This document shows positions 51,150 through 61,176 of a stretch of DNA of 64,000 nt, piece after piece; position 1 is the stretch's first letter; the number at the start of each line of letters is the position of its first letter. Source of the stretch: an uncultured delta proteobacterium (GTDB taxonomy: Bacteria > Desulfobacterota > Binatia > UBA9968); NCBI GenBank assembly GCA_963840855.1, contig CAWJBB010000040.1, forward strand, positions 32,001 to 96,000, read 5' to 3'. The position numbers and the translations under genes are program-made. The notes under the pieces were generated by a model. The model saw only the letters and a program-made list of their open reading frames with translations, was not told where the DNA came from and did no database searches.

Positions 51150-51806
51150 ATGATCACAGATCGGCGGCCGACGCTCGACAAATTACGCCGCGAATACGAT
51201 AGCAGTCATCGCCTGGAGAAAATTCGCGCCCCGGCTTCTGCGAACTTGGCTCCCATGTTTGGCGCGCTTGAAGCGGCCAGGGATGCGGCAGCACCCGAAC
51301 TAATGAAAAATGTCTGCACGCGGTTTCTCGCTTCGCTTTCAGCCTTTTACGGCATTCCTTCGCCGAACTTAAAATTGCTCGGGCCTCGTCCGCATTCGAC
51401 TCACGAAGGGCGCTTGGCCAATGAACTCTTCGGCGACTACCAGATCAAGGTTGCAAAAATTCGACTTTGGACGCGGACCCCAATGAAAAGGCAGTGGACA
51501 TCGAGTAAGACGATATTGTCTACGCTTTGCCATGAATTCATGCACCACTTGGATGTGACTTCTCTTGGATTTCCAAACAGCTTTCATACCATCGGTTTTT
51601 ACGAGCGGACCCACCGACTTTATCTTGCTGCCATGGGTCATCCCTACTATCCTCTTAAGTGGCGCCGGGTTGGCTTTGAAGGCCGGCAGATTATTGACTG
51701 GCAGGAGACAAAGCGACACGGGCCGAAAGTCTTGGGGCGAAAGAAAGTGAGAGGGACCAGCTGGCAGCAGGTCAGACCAGCGCAAGCCATTGATTCACAG
51801 GAATAG
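51150..51806 (+). CDS. Hypothetical protein with HExxH motif (SprT-like zincin)
   Basis: TLCHEFMHHLD..SFHTIGFYER. Confidence 0.7.
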   Translation: MITDRRPTLDKLRREYDSSHRLEKIRAPASANLAPMFGALEAARDAAAPELMKNVCTRFLASLSAFYGIPSPNLKLLGPRPHSTHEGRLANELFGDYQIKVAKIRLWTRTPMKRQWTSSKTILSTLCHEFMHHLDVTSLGFPNSFHTIGFYERTHRLYLAAMGHPYYPLKWRRVGFEGRQIIDWQETKRHGPKVLGRKKVRGTSWQQVRPAQAIDSQE

Positions 51807-51877
51807 GCACGAGGCGAGAGGCAACAGGCAATAGTAGGACAAGAACATTTCAGACTGCTCACTATAAGAAATACACG

Positions 51878-51985
51878 ATGCCGCGCGTCAATCGCCATTT
51901 TCTGCCTGGTCACATCTGGCACATCACTCACCGCCGCCATCAGCAGGCATTTCTACTGAAATTTGCGCGCGACCGCCGCCGTTGC
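51878..51985 (+). pseudogene. RAYT N-terminal stub
   Basis: MPRVNRHFLPGHIWHITHRRHQQAFLLKFARDRRR. Confidence 0.75.
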
Positions 51986-52011
51986 GCCTCGGGCAGACTG
52001 TAGGGTCAATC

Positions 52012-52608
52012 ATGGCAAAAATCTTGGATCCGCACGGCCTTCACGACTGGAGCGCCGAAGAATATGTCCATGATTGGGCAACGCGCCAGGATCGCTACGA
52101 GGACGAGCGACGCCCGCAATTTCAAATGATTGCAGATGCGATTCCTTTTAGCAGGGACGCGTCGATTCAGATTCTGGACGTGGGCGCCGGTTACGGCGCC
52201 CTAACCCAATTTCTCTTGGAAGAGTTTCCGAACGCTACAGCCCTCTGCCAGGATGGCTCGGACGAGATGGCCAAGCTCGGTCGCTGGCGCATGGCCAAAT
52301 GGAAAGGCCGGTTTGATTATGTGATTGCGGATTTCAGTAAGCGGGGCTGGAACCGGGCGATTCATGGATCCTTCGATGCGGTCGTTTCAACCATCACCAT
52401 TCACAACGTTCGTGTTCCCGACATCATCGAGTCCATCTATAAAGACGTGTTTCAACTCGTAAAGCCGGGCGGCTGTTTTCTCAATCTGGACCTGGTTTTT
52501 GTTCCTTTGGCAAAACAACTCGGTTGGTTGCGGGCTGCCGGATTCAGCGATGTCAAATCGTATTGGCAAGAGCGGAGAGAAGCGTTGTTCGGGGGGAGGA
52601 AGATTTAG
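52012..52608 (+). CDS. Class I SAM-dependent methyltransferase
   Basis: ILDVGAGYG, FDAVVS, VKPGGCF. Confidence 0.88.
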   Translation: MAKILDPHGLHDWSAEEYVHDWATRQDRYEDERRPQFQMIADAIPFSRDASIQILDVGAGYGALTQFLLEEFPNATALCQDGSDEMAKLGRWRMAKWKGRFDYVIADFSKRGWNRAIHGSFDAVVSTITIHNVRVPDIIESIYKDVFQLVKPGGCFLNLDLVFVPLAKQLGWLRAAGFSDVKSYWQERREALFGGRKI

Positions 52609-52767
52609 GGGACAGTCAGAGGCGCTTCCGACAGCGTTATTGCCTCGTTGCGCGCAATTAACTCGCTACAACACGCTGGTCAAGTGCGCTTCCGGACGTC
52701 GATTTTTCGCACGCCTCGCCATTGAACCTTTTTTGACGAGCCTGAGAAGAGAGGAGGTACGGTCGTT

Positions 52768-53121
52768 ATGCCGGAGCAAATATCGAAATATCCAGACGTA
52801 ACGCTACAGGTTTTGAGAGAGAGCGGTGCCGTTTGCGGTCAAGGGGCGCCGCAAAACATCCTAAAACAATGTCCGCGGGACCGTTTCTGTTCACTTCGAA
52901 CGGGGGAAATCTGTGTATATGGCATAAATGAGATTCCGAAAATGACTCAGATTACTTCCCAAGAGTTGGCTAAAGTTGTTTGTCCGCAAGCTCAAAAGAC
53001 TGCCCTGTTTTCTGCGGGCATCTCGGGATTGGAAGCGGCTCTAATTTTCGCGGTGTTTCTTTCGGGACTCACCGTGGGCAAGTATCGGCGGAAACCACGG
53101 TTGCCCGTTTCGTCACCCTAG
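52768..53121 (+). CDS. Cys-rich hypothetical membrane-anchored protein
   Basis: GAGGAGG RBS, five Cys, C-terminal hydrophobic segment. Confidence 0.55.
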   Translation: MPEQISKYPDVTLQVLRESGAVCGQGAPQNILKQCPRDRFCSLRTGEICVYGINEIPKMTQITSQELAKVVCPQAQKTALFSAGISGLEAALIFAVFLSGLTVGKYRRKPRLPVSSP

Positions 53122-53482
53122 CTCCTCTTCTTCGAGGCGCGTGCCGGTCGCCCGCACGACGCATCGAATCATCAGCGTTGCATCCTCTCCAGTTGGAGGC
53201 TCGTTTACAATCGCGTTACCGGGAGATAAGCGAGATTGCCCAACGACTGCGGGTGCGCGACATATCGACGGTTAGCCATGGAGAGAAGCGCATCACGATG
53301 AGTTTGCGGGACAATAGCCGCGCCGGCAGTGAGATGAAAAGGGTCCTGAAGAAGACGTATTCACTCATTCAAGCCTGACCTCATCCCATCCATTTCAAGT
53401 CTCTTAACTCGAGTTTGAGAACGAGAATACGTTCGGGGTGAATTGGCCGCCGCGCCGAGGCGCAGCGGCAGCGGGGGGCTTC

Positions 53483-54556
53483 ATGAAGCCGATAAGGACT
53501 GGTTTTACGCGCGCCGTGGAATTGTTTCTTGCAACGTTAGTTATTGGGCTCTGGTTTTTACCACAGGATCTCTCGGCGCAGACGCCATTTTATCAAGGCA
53601 AGACCATCACGCTAATCCAGGGACGGGAACCCGGAGGCTCGGGAGATATGAGCGTTCGGGCCCTGATCCCTTATCTGCAAAAGTACATTCCTGGAAACCC
53701 AACGGTTGTGACCGAATTCATCCCGGGCGCGGGCGGGCGAAAAGCCGCCAATCATCTGTACAGATCAGCCCGTCCGGACGGGCTGACGATAGGAAATATT
53801 GGCGGAGGCTTGATTCTCAACGCGGTGCTCGGCGAACCTGGAGTTCAGTACGATCTCGGCAAGTTCATTTATCTCGGCACTTCCGAGAGCGCTATCGTCT
53901 GGGTTTTTTTGACCAGGAAAGAAGCCGGCCTCGGCAGTCTCGAAAAGCTCCGCAGCGCCGGCAGCGTGAGAATTGGCGCCCAATCGGTGGGTCATATCAT
54001 CTATATGTGTGGCCGGCTATTTGCCTATCTTTTAGGGGTGAAAGACGCGAAGTTCGTCACCGGCTATTCGGGCCCCGAACTGGACATCGCGCTCAGCCGA
54101 GGAGAAGTGGACGCGCGAGCCAATATTGCCGATACCCTATTGAAGCGTACCCCCGAGTTTCTCGAGCGCGGCCTCGTGGACCTCCATGCCACGCTGGAGG
54201 CGCCGAAAGGCAGGAGGCATCCCCGCTTTACCCACCTTCCTGAGCTCGAGACGTTCGTCCAATCCGAAAAAGAGCAAAAAGTGTTGGCGATGTTTCGCGC
54301 ATTCAGGGTTGCCGGGACCCCTTATCTACTCCCTCCGGGAACGCCGAGGCAACGCGTGGAGATGCTGCAGGAAACGATGCGGAAGATTTTCAACGATCCC
54401 GATTTTCAGAGGGATTACAAGAAAATGACCGGTGAAGATCCAAGCCCTGTGACCGCCGACGTTCTGGAGAAAATTGTCAGAGAGATTCCGCGCGATGCAG
54501 AGACGGTCGAGTTCTTCAAGAAGTTTGCGGGTGCCGGGCCGCTGCCCCAACGCTAA
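53483..54556 (+). CDS. Bug/TctC substrate-binding protein
   Basis: FYQGKTITLI, PGAGGRKAAN, RPDGLT, ALSRGEVD. Confidence 0.9.
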   Translation: MKPIRTGFTRAVELFLATLVIGLWFLPQDLSAQTPFYQGKTITLIQGREPGGSGDMSVRALIPYLQKYIPGNPTVVTEFIPGAGGRKAANHLYRSARPDGLTIGNIGGGLILNAVLGEPGVQYDLGKFIYLGTSESAIVWVFLTRKEAGLGSLEKLRSAGSVRIGAQSVGHIIYMCGRLFAYLLGVKDAKFVTGYSGPELDIALSRGEVDARANIADTLLKRTPEFLERGLVDLHATLEAPKGRRHPRFTHLPELETFVQSEKEQKVLAMFRAFRVAGTPYLLPPGTPRQRVEMLQETMRKIFNDPDFQRDYKKMTGEDPSPVTADVLEKIVREIPRDAETVEFFKKFAGAGPLPQR

Positions 54557-55051
54557 GGCTGCGCCGGCTCGCGGGTCAGACCGGCGCGAGCCGCAGCGGC
54601 CGTTCAAGGTTCAATGTTCCAAGCATGCCCTGAAACCTGTCGACTCTACCATGTGATCGTTCGAGATAATCAGCGGCAAAGGACATTTCTTTCGAAAATT
54701 TCCAAAAGCTTTTCGGTCATTAGCCGGCTGTACTCCGCGTTTGCAGCAGCTCGCGGTGAGAATATTTGGAAAGCTCTACTTCAGCAACTGAGGTCATGAC
54801 GCAACACGCAAGCCTGACACTAACGAGCGGTCCGCTAGGCCTGGAGCTGTGAGTCGAGAAGCTCCCGCGCCGGATCACAATCCAGGAAAGCCACTAATCT
54901 CGTTTGATCCCGCTGCAAACTCATTGACAACTCGCCGATCAAAGCGGTAAGTGTTTCAAATTGTGAGTTTCCAAACGACAATTATATTGACCACCATACT
55001 CGTCGACCGAAGACTACTGCCACCCGTCACCGAACAGAGAGGAAATATGAC

Positions 55052-55684
55052 ATGGATACGATAAACCGGAACGATGCCTACACTGTTACTTCGCTGGACG
55101 ATCTCGCGAAGATTTATGCCAAGCCGTTGCCCCACATCGCCACCAAGGAAACCGACCACATCACCGAGGTCGGACGCGCCTTCATCGCGGCGTCACCGTT
55201 TCTGGTGCTTGCGACCTCGAACGAAACCAGCATCGACTGTTCGCCCAAGGGCGATGCGCCGGGCTTCGTGCAACTGCTCGACGACCGCACACTGCTGATT
55301 CCCGACCGGCCAGGTAACAACCGCATCGACGGGATGAAAAACCTGCTCGTCAACCCGAAGGTCGGTATCGTTTTCATGGTCCCGGGATCGAACGAAACCT
55401 ATCGGGTGACTGGCAGTGCGACGATCAGCACGGACCCGGGGTTACTGAAGCGATTCGAGGTGGGCGGCAAGCCGCCGCGCGTGGTCATGGTCGTTGCTGT
55501 CGAACAAGCCTTCAATCACTGTCCCAAAGCCTTCGTGCGGGCGAAGCTGTGGGAGGCGACGGCGCGGCCGAGCGGTGCGCCGAGCCATGGCGACTTCGCC
55601 GCCGCCCGCGACGGCAAGGATGCTGCCTACGCCAGGGATTACAACGAGAAATATGCCGAGCGCCTGAAGACGGAGCTTTACTGA
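55052..55684 (+). CDS. Pyridoxamine 5'-phosphate oxidase-like FMN-binding protein (MSMEG_1061 family)
   Basis: DCSPKGDAPGFV, IPDRPGNNRID, HCPKAFVRAKLW. Confidence 0.9.
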   Translation: MDTINRNDAYTVTSLDDLAKIYAKPLPHIATKETDHITEVGRAFIAASPFLVLATSNETSIDCSPKGDAPGFVQLLDDRTLLIPDRPGNNRIDGMKNLLVNPKVGIVFMVPGSNETYRVTGSATISTDPGLLKRFEVGGKPPRVVMVVAVEQAFNHCPKAFVRAKLWEATARPSGAPSHGDFAAARDGKDAAYARDYNEKYAERLKTELY

Positions 55685-55721
55685 CAGGCTGCGACACGAG
55701 GAGAGGCAGAATCTCAGACGG

Positions 55722-55860
55722 GCAAACTTCGGGTCGGCCGGCGCAAGCTATTGATTTGACAATAGGACGTAGCATAAAGGCATCGTTTAAGAGCTTAGAC
55801 CCGGCTTTTGAGGCTGCAAATAAGCCTCTAAAATTAAACGAATGCCGCGCACTAACCGGT
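55722..55860 (+). pseudogene. RAYT leader and first 6 codons (MPRTNR)
   Basis: GGGTCGGCCGGCGCAAGCTATTGAT matches 50132-50158. ATGCCGCGC at 55842. Confidence 0.6.
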
Positions 55861-56022
55861 AGTTCTTAACTGGTCGCAACGAAGGCGACGGTTTGGCTGT
55901 GAAGACTGTGTGATCAAAATTGGGAGACAACTTGGGCTTGAAGCGACGATGGATTCCCGCGGTCGCCGAAAACGTTCATGAGAAGACTCCCGACCCCTTT
56001 TTGATGTCTCTCGACCGATATC

Positions 56023-56475
56023 ATGCGGTTTTTCAGGCGTACTCCAGTCAGGACTTTTCTCATCTATCCTTTGGTTGTTCTTGCGTGGGAATTGCTGACG
56101 CATGCCGGGCGCATTGATGTAAACCGCTGGTTTTTGCCGCTGCTGCTCTGGGGCTACTTACAGTATCGCATGTGCGGGAAGTATCGGATGACGCGCGGCG
56201 GCGGCGGTCCCGGCCCGGATGTTCCGGGGGAGAGATTGGTCGATAGCGGCCTCTACGCCTACACCCGCAACCCCATGTATCTCGGCCATATCATTTTTCT
56301 CACTGGGCTGGCTCTCACTCTCCAATCTTGGCTCGGTGCGTTGATCACTCTACTGGTTGCGATCTGGTTTCACTTTCGCGTGCTTGCCGACGAAAAGAAT
56401 TTAGCTTGCGCTTTAGACGCGCCCTACGTTGCCTACACCAAGCGTGTTAAGCGCTGGATACCGAGGCTCTTTTAG
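56023..56475 (+). CDS. Isoprenylcysteine carboxylmethyltransferase/PEMT family membrane protein
   Basis: LVDSGLYAYTRNPMYLG..Y.KRVKRWIP. Confidence 0.85.
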   Translation: MRFFRRTPVRTFLIYPLVVLAWELLTHAGRIDVNRWFLPLLLWGYLQYRMCGKYRMTRGGGGPGPDVPGERLVDSGLYAYTRNPMYLGHIIFLTGLALTLQSWLGALITLLVAIWFHFRVLADEKNLACALDAPYVAYTKRVKRWIPRLF

Positions 56476-56511
56476 TTCCCATTTTGGGTTCACGTTAGAG
56501 AGGCAGGCTTT

Positions 56512-57507
56512 GTGAACATTCTTCTATTGGGGCCGGCGAGGGACGATCCTTCGACCATAGATCAAGCGCTCGGGGCTCGCTTATTGGGGCAGACGCTGGC
56601 CGGTAATCAAGACATCGTCGTTTCCGAGGAGGTCTTCCGGCGAGGCCACGGCGATCTTGAGAGAAAGCTCGCCCGTTGGCGAGATAAAATTTCGGCCGTG
56701 ATCGGGACGACCAACGTTTTCGAGTCAACTCGCCTGGGAGAACTCGCTGCAAAAATGAATCTCTTGTGCTTCGTCGCCAATAACAATCCGGCGGTTTGGC
56801 AAAGGCGGAGACAGGTGTTTCATATTGGACTGCCGACCAGCCAGACGACGGCCGCCGTGGCGGCGCGCATCGAGAGAATCCGGTGGCGACGGGTTCTGCT
56901 GCTCCATGACCAGACGCAGTTTCAAAGCCGAGTAGCTTCTAGCATGAGGGATGCGTTGGGAGCACACGGGGTGGACAGCCGATCCCAGCCGGTATCGTTC
57001 GAAGAAGGCGTTCAGATCTCACGCGAGTGGCGGCCCGACTTAATTTACGTTATTTTTTCCAGCGAGCCGAAAGCCGTGCGCCTTTTGGGGATGATCAGAA
57101 GCATTTCGCCGGGAATTCCGATTTTGTTCGGCCGTACGCTCTTGAGAGAGAGCTTCTTGGAAATCCTGAGCGATTATCCGGGTGAGTGCTGGTTCGTCGA
57201 CATGTTCCATCGGAACGGCCATCAAACGGCGGCACAGAGTGAGTTTTTTCAGGAGATGGAGGCGAACGGTGTAAAAGTACCGACCGCAAATCATGCCTTC
57301 GGTTGGGACGGCCTGGCACATTGCGCAACGGCTCTAAACGCTGCCGGAGGTGATCCGTCCCGCGCGATCGACTATCTGGAATCTGGCGTCAGGCTAGAAG
57401 GGGCTAGCGGTGCGTGTTGTTTTAGCCCTGAGAATCATAACGGACGCTTCGAGCCGGGGCCTCATACGCTTACACGGTGGCACCGTCATCAACTCGAAGA
57501 TGTGTGA
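56512..57507 (+). CDS. Periplasmic binding protein type 1 (LivJ-like) fold, no obvious signal peptide
   Basis: SAVIG, VFHIG, AFGWDG, LEGASG..FSPENH. Confidence 0.6.
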   Translation: MNILLLGPARDDPSTIDQALGARLLGQTLAGNQDIVVSEEVFRRGHGDLERKLARWRDKISAVIGTTNVFESTRLGELAAKMNLLCFVANNNPAVWQRRRQVFHIGLPTSQTTAAVAARIERIRWRRVLLLHDQTQFQSRVASSMRDALGAHGVDSRSQPVSFEEGVQISREWRPDLIYVIFSSEPKAVRLLGMIRSISPGIPILFGRTLLRESFLEILSDYPGECWFVDMFHRNGHQTAAQSEFFQEMEANGVKVPTANHAFGWDGLAHCATALNAAGGDPSRAIDYLESGVRLEGASGACCFSPENHNGRFEPGPHTLTRWHRHQLEDV

Positions 57508-57570
57508 TTGATTCGGGTTTAGCAGAGCGGGGAATAGCGAACGTTGGCGAACTGCCGCGCTGCGCCGCAG

Positions 57571-58650
57571 CTAGAGGGCATAGAAGGTCTTAGGGTTGTC
57601 GTAAACTAGCTTCCGTACCGCCGAATCTGGGATCTCTCCCCGGTCGGCGGCCTGCTGTAAGGGGATGATGAAGCCATGCTCCTGGGAAGGATCCTCGTGG
57701 CAGTAGTCGGACCCAACGAGCAGGTTGTCTTCACTGATATACTGGAAGACCAAGGAGAGATTTTCGTCCATCTGGCAAGCGACGTAAATACGGTTCATAG
57801 TGAAGATGTCTTTGGGTGGGACTTGACGGGGGGTATGCTTCTTCTCCGCCCGCCTGATGGTGTGCTCCACGAAGGGAAGCCATGAGGCGCTCGCCTCGAT
57901 GCAACCGGTCCGAAGTTTCGGGAACATCGCCGGGATTCCACGTTCCAAGAATGAGTGGATACCGGTAATGGCCGTAGCCTTGCTGCGGAGGAACGTTGGG
58001 GCGGCAGCGCGTAACCAGCGACGCTCCAGGGCGGTGCCAGTCCCGGTATGGAAGCAGATCGGCAGGTCCAGCCGCTCCGCCTCTTCATAGAGGGGGAAGA
58101 AATAATCTTCGGCCGCGTAATGGCCCGCTTCCTGGTCCCCCTTCTTAGACACACCACAGGCTCCGTGATCCTTGGCCCAGCGCAGCTCCTCCACTGCCTT
58201 GTCCTTCGTCTTGAGGGGAGGTATGCAGATCCAGCGCAGGCGACCCTTGGAGAGAGCACAGCGATCCGCAAGCCATCGGTTGTAGCTGCGGGTAAGGGCC
58301 AATTCCACCTCCGGCCGTACTGCCGGATCGCTGATGAACAATGTCGGATAGATGACTTGGATTTCGGTCCCGAGCTCATCCATGTGCCTCAGACGCGCTT
58401 CTACATCGAGGAGTTCCCGCGTTTCGACCGTGGTCTTGGACTTGGCGTCGCTGCGTGCCGACCTACGCTCCTTGTGTCCGTCTATCAACCAGTACGGGAA
58501 AGGCGGGCGGGCCGGATCGGGATCGGGAGCAGACCCTTTCGTGGGCTTAAAGCCTTGCTCCTCCGGGGTCATGTATTCCCAGGTCGCATCAGTTTCGTCA
58601 ACGTGAGTGTCAGCGTCGATTATCCGTAGTGTTTCCATCTTTGTCGCCAT
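57571..58650 (-). CDS. Amidohydrolase_2 family protein
   Basis: IIDADTHVDE, QVIYPT, YNRWLAD, CFHTG, VGSDYCHED. Confidence 0.92.
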   Translation of the reverse strand: MATKMETLRIIDADTHVDETDATWEYMTPEEQGFKPTKGSAPDPDPARPPFPYWLIDGHKERRSARSDAKSKTTVETRELLDVEARLRHMDELGTEIQVIYPTLFISDPAVRPEVELALTRSYNRWLADRCALSKGRLRWICIPPLKTKDKAVEELRWAKDHGACGVSKKGDQEAGHYAAEDYFFPLYEEAERLDLPICFHTGTGTALERRWLRAAAPTFLRSKATAITGIHSFLERGIPAMFPKLRTGCIEASASWLPFVEHTIRRAEKKHTPRQVPPKDIFTMNRIYVACQMDENLSLVFQYISEDNLLVGSDYCHEDPSQEHGFIIPLQQAADRGEIPDSAVRKLVYDNPKTFYAL

Positions 58651-59091
58651 TTCGCTTTCTTGCTTTTTGCCCAAGTGCCTACATGCGTAGAGCGTTGCGG
58701 AGTTATCGTCGTGGATCTTTCAGCGCGCGCTTTCGCTCTGTATAGAAAATTAACCACCCTTTTTTCGGCCGAGAGATATCACCGGACCGGGGAGTCGTCA
58801 ATTGCACAAAATGGTGAGGGGGAGAATGGGGTTACTCATGAAAAGCTTTGTCAAAGATGTTTCGTTTAGATGCACCTTTTCACGGGAGGGGTAGGGTTAG
58901 TCTCATCACCCACAGATGGTTCTTCTGGTCTCCGGATCTGCACATGCGAGCCGGTGCGGTTGACAGACGTCGTTGAGACGAGCTATCCAGGGACCCAGGC
59001 TGGTATGGCTTGCAGAGAATATTCCCGCTGGAGTTTTTTTTGGGCGGCCTCACAGGTATCGCGGACCGATTTGGTCTGAGGAGGACGACCG

Positions 59092-60165
59092 ATGAAAGCA
59101 AGTAAATGCAAACTTGATGTCCGGGCTGGCGCCGTCATGTGGGCAACGTTGTGCATATTCTTGGGCCAACCATCCCAGGCTTTGCCCCAAGAGTTTTTTT
59201 ACCAAGGCAAGACCATCACAGTGATCAGCGGCCGAGAACCAGGGGGGTTGGGAGACCTGCGGCACAGGGCCATATTACCCTACTTGAAGAAACATATTCC
59301 CGGACAGCCGAATATCGTGACGGAATATATGCCGGGCGGTGGAGGCCGGAAGGTCGCAAATCATATCTACCGAACCGCTCAGCCGGACGGTTTGATCATC
59401 GGATCTCCTCCGGGCGGCTTCATCTTGGCAGCAGTTCTGAAAGAACCCGGCGTGAATTACGAACTCGACAAATTTACGTACTTCGGCAGCGCCGAGTCCG
59501 AGGATCACTACGTGTTTCTCACGAGAAAAGAGGCCAATCTGGGCACGTTGGACCGTCTCCGCGCCACTTCCGGAATAAGAATCGGCGGGCAATCGGTGGG
59601 CCATACAATCTATACATTGGGCCGATTGTTCGCCTATATTCTGCGCCTGAAGGAGCCCAAATTCATCACCGGATACTCAGGACCGGAGATGGATCAAGCG
59701 CTCTTGCGCGGCGAAGTCGACGCCAGAGTGAGCGCTGTCCCCTCGTTGCTGCAGCGCAGTCCCGAATGGATCGAAAAGAAGCTCGTTGACGTTCACTCAA
59801 TCTTGCAGATTCCCAAAAGCAGCAGGCATCCTCACTTTGCTGATCTGCCCGAACTCGAATCGTTTGCCAAGACGGATAAGGAGCGCCTGCTGCTGGATAT
59901 CTACCGGTCCTTCAGTATGGTCGGCGCGACCTTTATCACTCCGCCGGGCACGCCTCCGGGGCGGAATCGGATCCTGCGGGATGCGATCACTGCTGCCTAC
60001 AGAGATCCGGAGTTTTTCAAAGGCTTTAAGACGGTCACCGGCGAAACGCCTTCTCCTATTATGCCGGACGAATTCGATGTCATCATCAAGAAGCTTCCTC
60101 GCAATCCCGAAGACGTGGATCTTTTCAAAAAAATCGCCGGCGGGGGTCCGCTGCCCGGCCATTAG
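59092..60165 (+). CDS. Bug/TctC substrate-binding protein
   Basis: Paralog of 53483-54556. Confidence 0.9.
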   Translation: MKASKCKLDVRAGAVMWATLCIFLGQPSQALPQEFFYQGKTITVISGREPGGLGDLRHRAILPYLKKHIPGQPNIVTEYMPGGGGRKVANHIYRTAQPDGLIIGSPPGGFILAAVLKEPGVNYELDKFTYFGSAESEDHYVFLTRKEANLGTLDRLRATSGIRIGGQSVGHTIYTLGRLFAYILRLKEPKFITGYSGPEMDQALLRGEVDARVSAVPSLLQRSPEWIEKKLVDVHSILQIPKSSRHPHFADLPELESFAKTDKERLLLDIYRSFSMVGATFITPPGTPPGRNRILRDAITAAYRDPEFFKGFKTVTGETPSPIMPDEFDVIIKKLPRNPEDVDLFKKIAGGGPLPGH

Positions 60166-60227
60166 ATACCAAGTTGCACACAAATCGGGATATGGGGGCT
60201 GAGGGACGTTGCGGCTGTAACAGCTGT

Positions 60228-60367
60228 AATGAAGCTCCTCGGAGCAAAGCTCCGAGGTATCTTGCGAAATTCTCCGAAGCCCTTCCACCCTCCTTCGCCA
60301 AGGCTACGGAGGGTTCTCCTCACCTTCATCCTCGCAGCAAGCTGCGAGGTATTCGGCGAAGGAGAAT
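60228..60367 (+). repeat. ~140-bp triple-hairpin element, copy 3
   Basis: Near-identical to 33469 and 36551. Confidence 0.85.
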
Positions 60368-60631
60368 AAAAAGGGGGGCCGTGCTGGGGTTTTGTTTCTT
60401 GATAATCCGGTAGCGTCGAGCGAGCGATTCCGGAAACATTATAGCAATTGACAAATAGCATGAGACAGATGCGAGCTCGGGCGCCATGCAAAACGGCTAA
60501 GAAGCCGTTTGTTCCAGTCGTTCCAGCCGTTTTACAGATATTCATGCGGCAACGGGAAGAAAGATGAACCCGAGGATTCACCGGGGGCTCTCGTCACTTA
60601 CTCTGGCCAAAACAAAGTCTTGAAGCAGCGA

Positions 60632-60796
60632 ATTTCCCCCGAAGGAGAACGGGTCGTGGGTTACGATAATCACTGGCCGAAAGGACACCATCGCCATGTG
60701 TTGGGGGAAGAAGGTCCGTACACCTATCGAGGGATTGACCGTTTGATTTCGGACTTTAGAGCCGACGTTTCAGCCCTGAGGAGAAGAGGACAATGA
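60632..60796 (+). pseudogene. DUF6516-like toxin C-terminal fragment
   Basis: GERVVGYDNHWPKGHHRH..LISDFRADV. Confidence 0.65.
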
Positions 60797-61161
60797 AAGT
60801 CAGGAAAGTAAAGATCGGCATTCGCAATTTCGATGAGACGCTGGACGAAGTGGCGGAGACGGCCAAAGCCGCAGCGGCAGGGAAAAAAGTGAAGCCCAAA
60901 GGGCACAGACTGTTTTTCACCAGTCCGGAGGCTCTCCGACGATTCCTGACTCCGAAAAAGCTTGAGCTCATCCGTTTGATCCGAAAGCGCCACCCCAGTT
61001 CCATCAACGAGCTTGCCGCACTTGCGCATCGTGACTTTAAGAGGGTCTATCAAGATGTCAGGAGCTTGACCGATGCAGGTATGGTCGATTTGATGAAGAA
61101 CGGGGGGCGCAAAACAACTCCCCGCGTGGCAGATGAGCTCCATCTGGAGATCGTGGTGTGA
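60793..61161 (+). CDS. HVO_A0114-like HTH antitoxin/regulator
   Basis: LTPKKLELIRLI..PSSINELA..RDFKRVYQDV. Confidence 0.8.
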   Translation: MKVRKVKIGIRNFDETLDEVAETAKAAAAGKKVKPKGHRLFFTSPEALRRFLTPKKLELIRLIRKRHPSSINELAALAHRDFKRVYQDVRSLTDAGMVDLMKNGGRKTTPRVADELHLEIVV

Positions 61162-61176
61162 ATACGCTCCTGGGGT

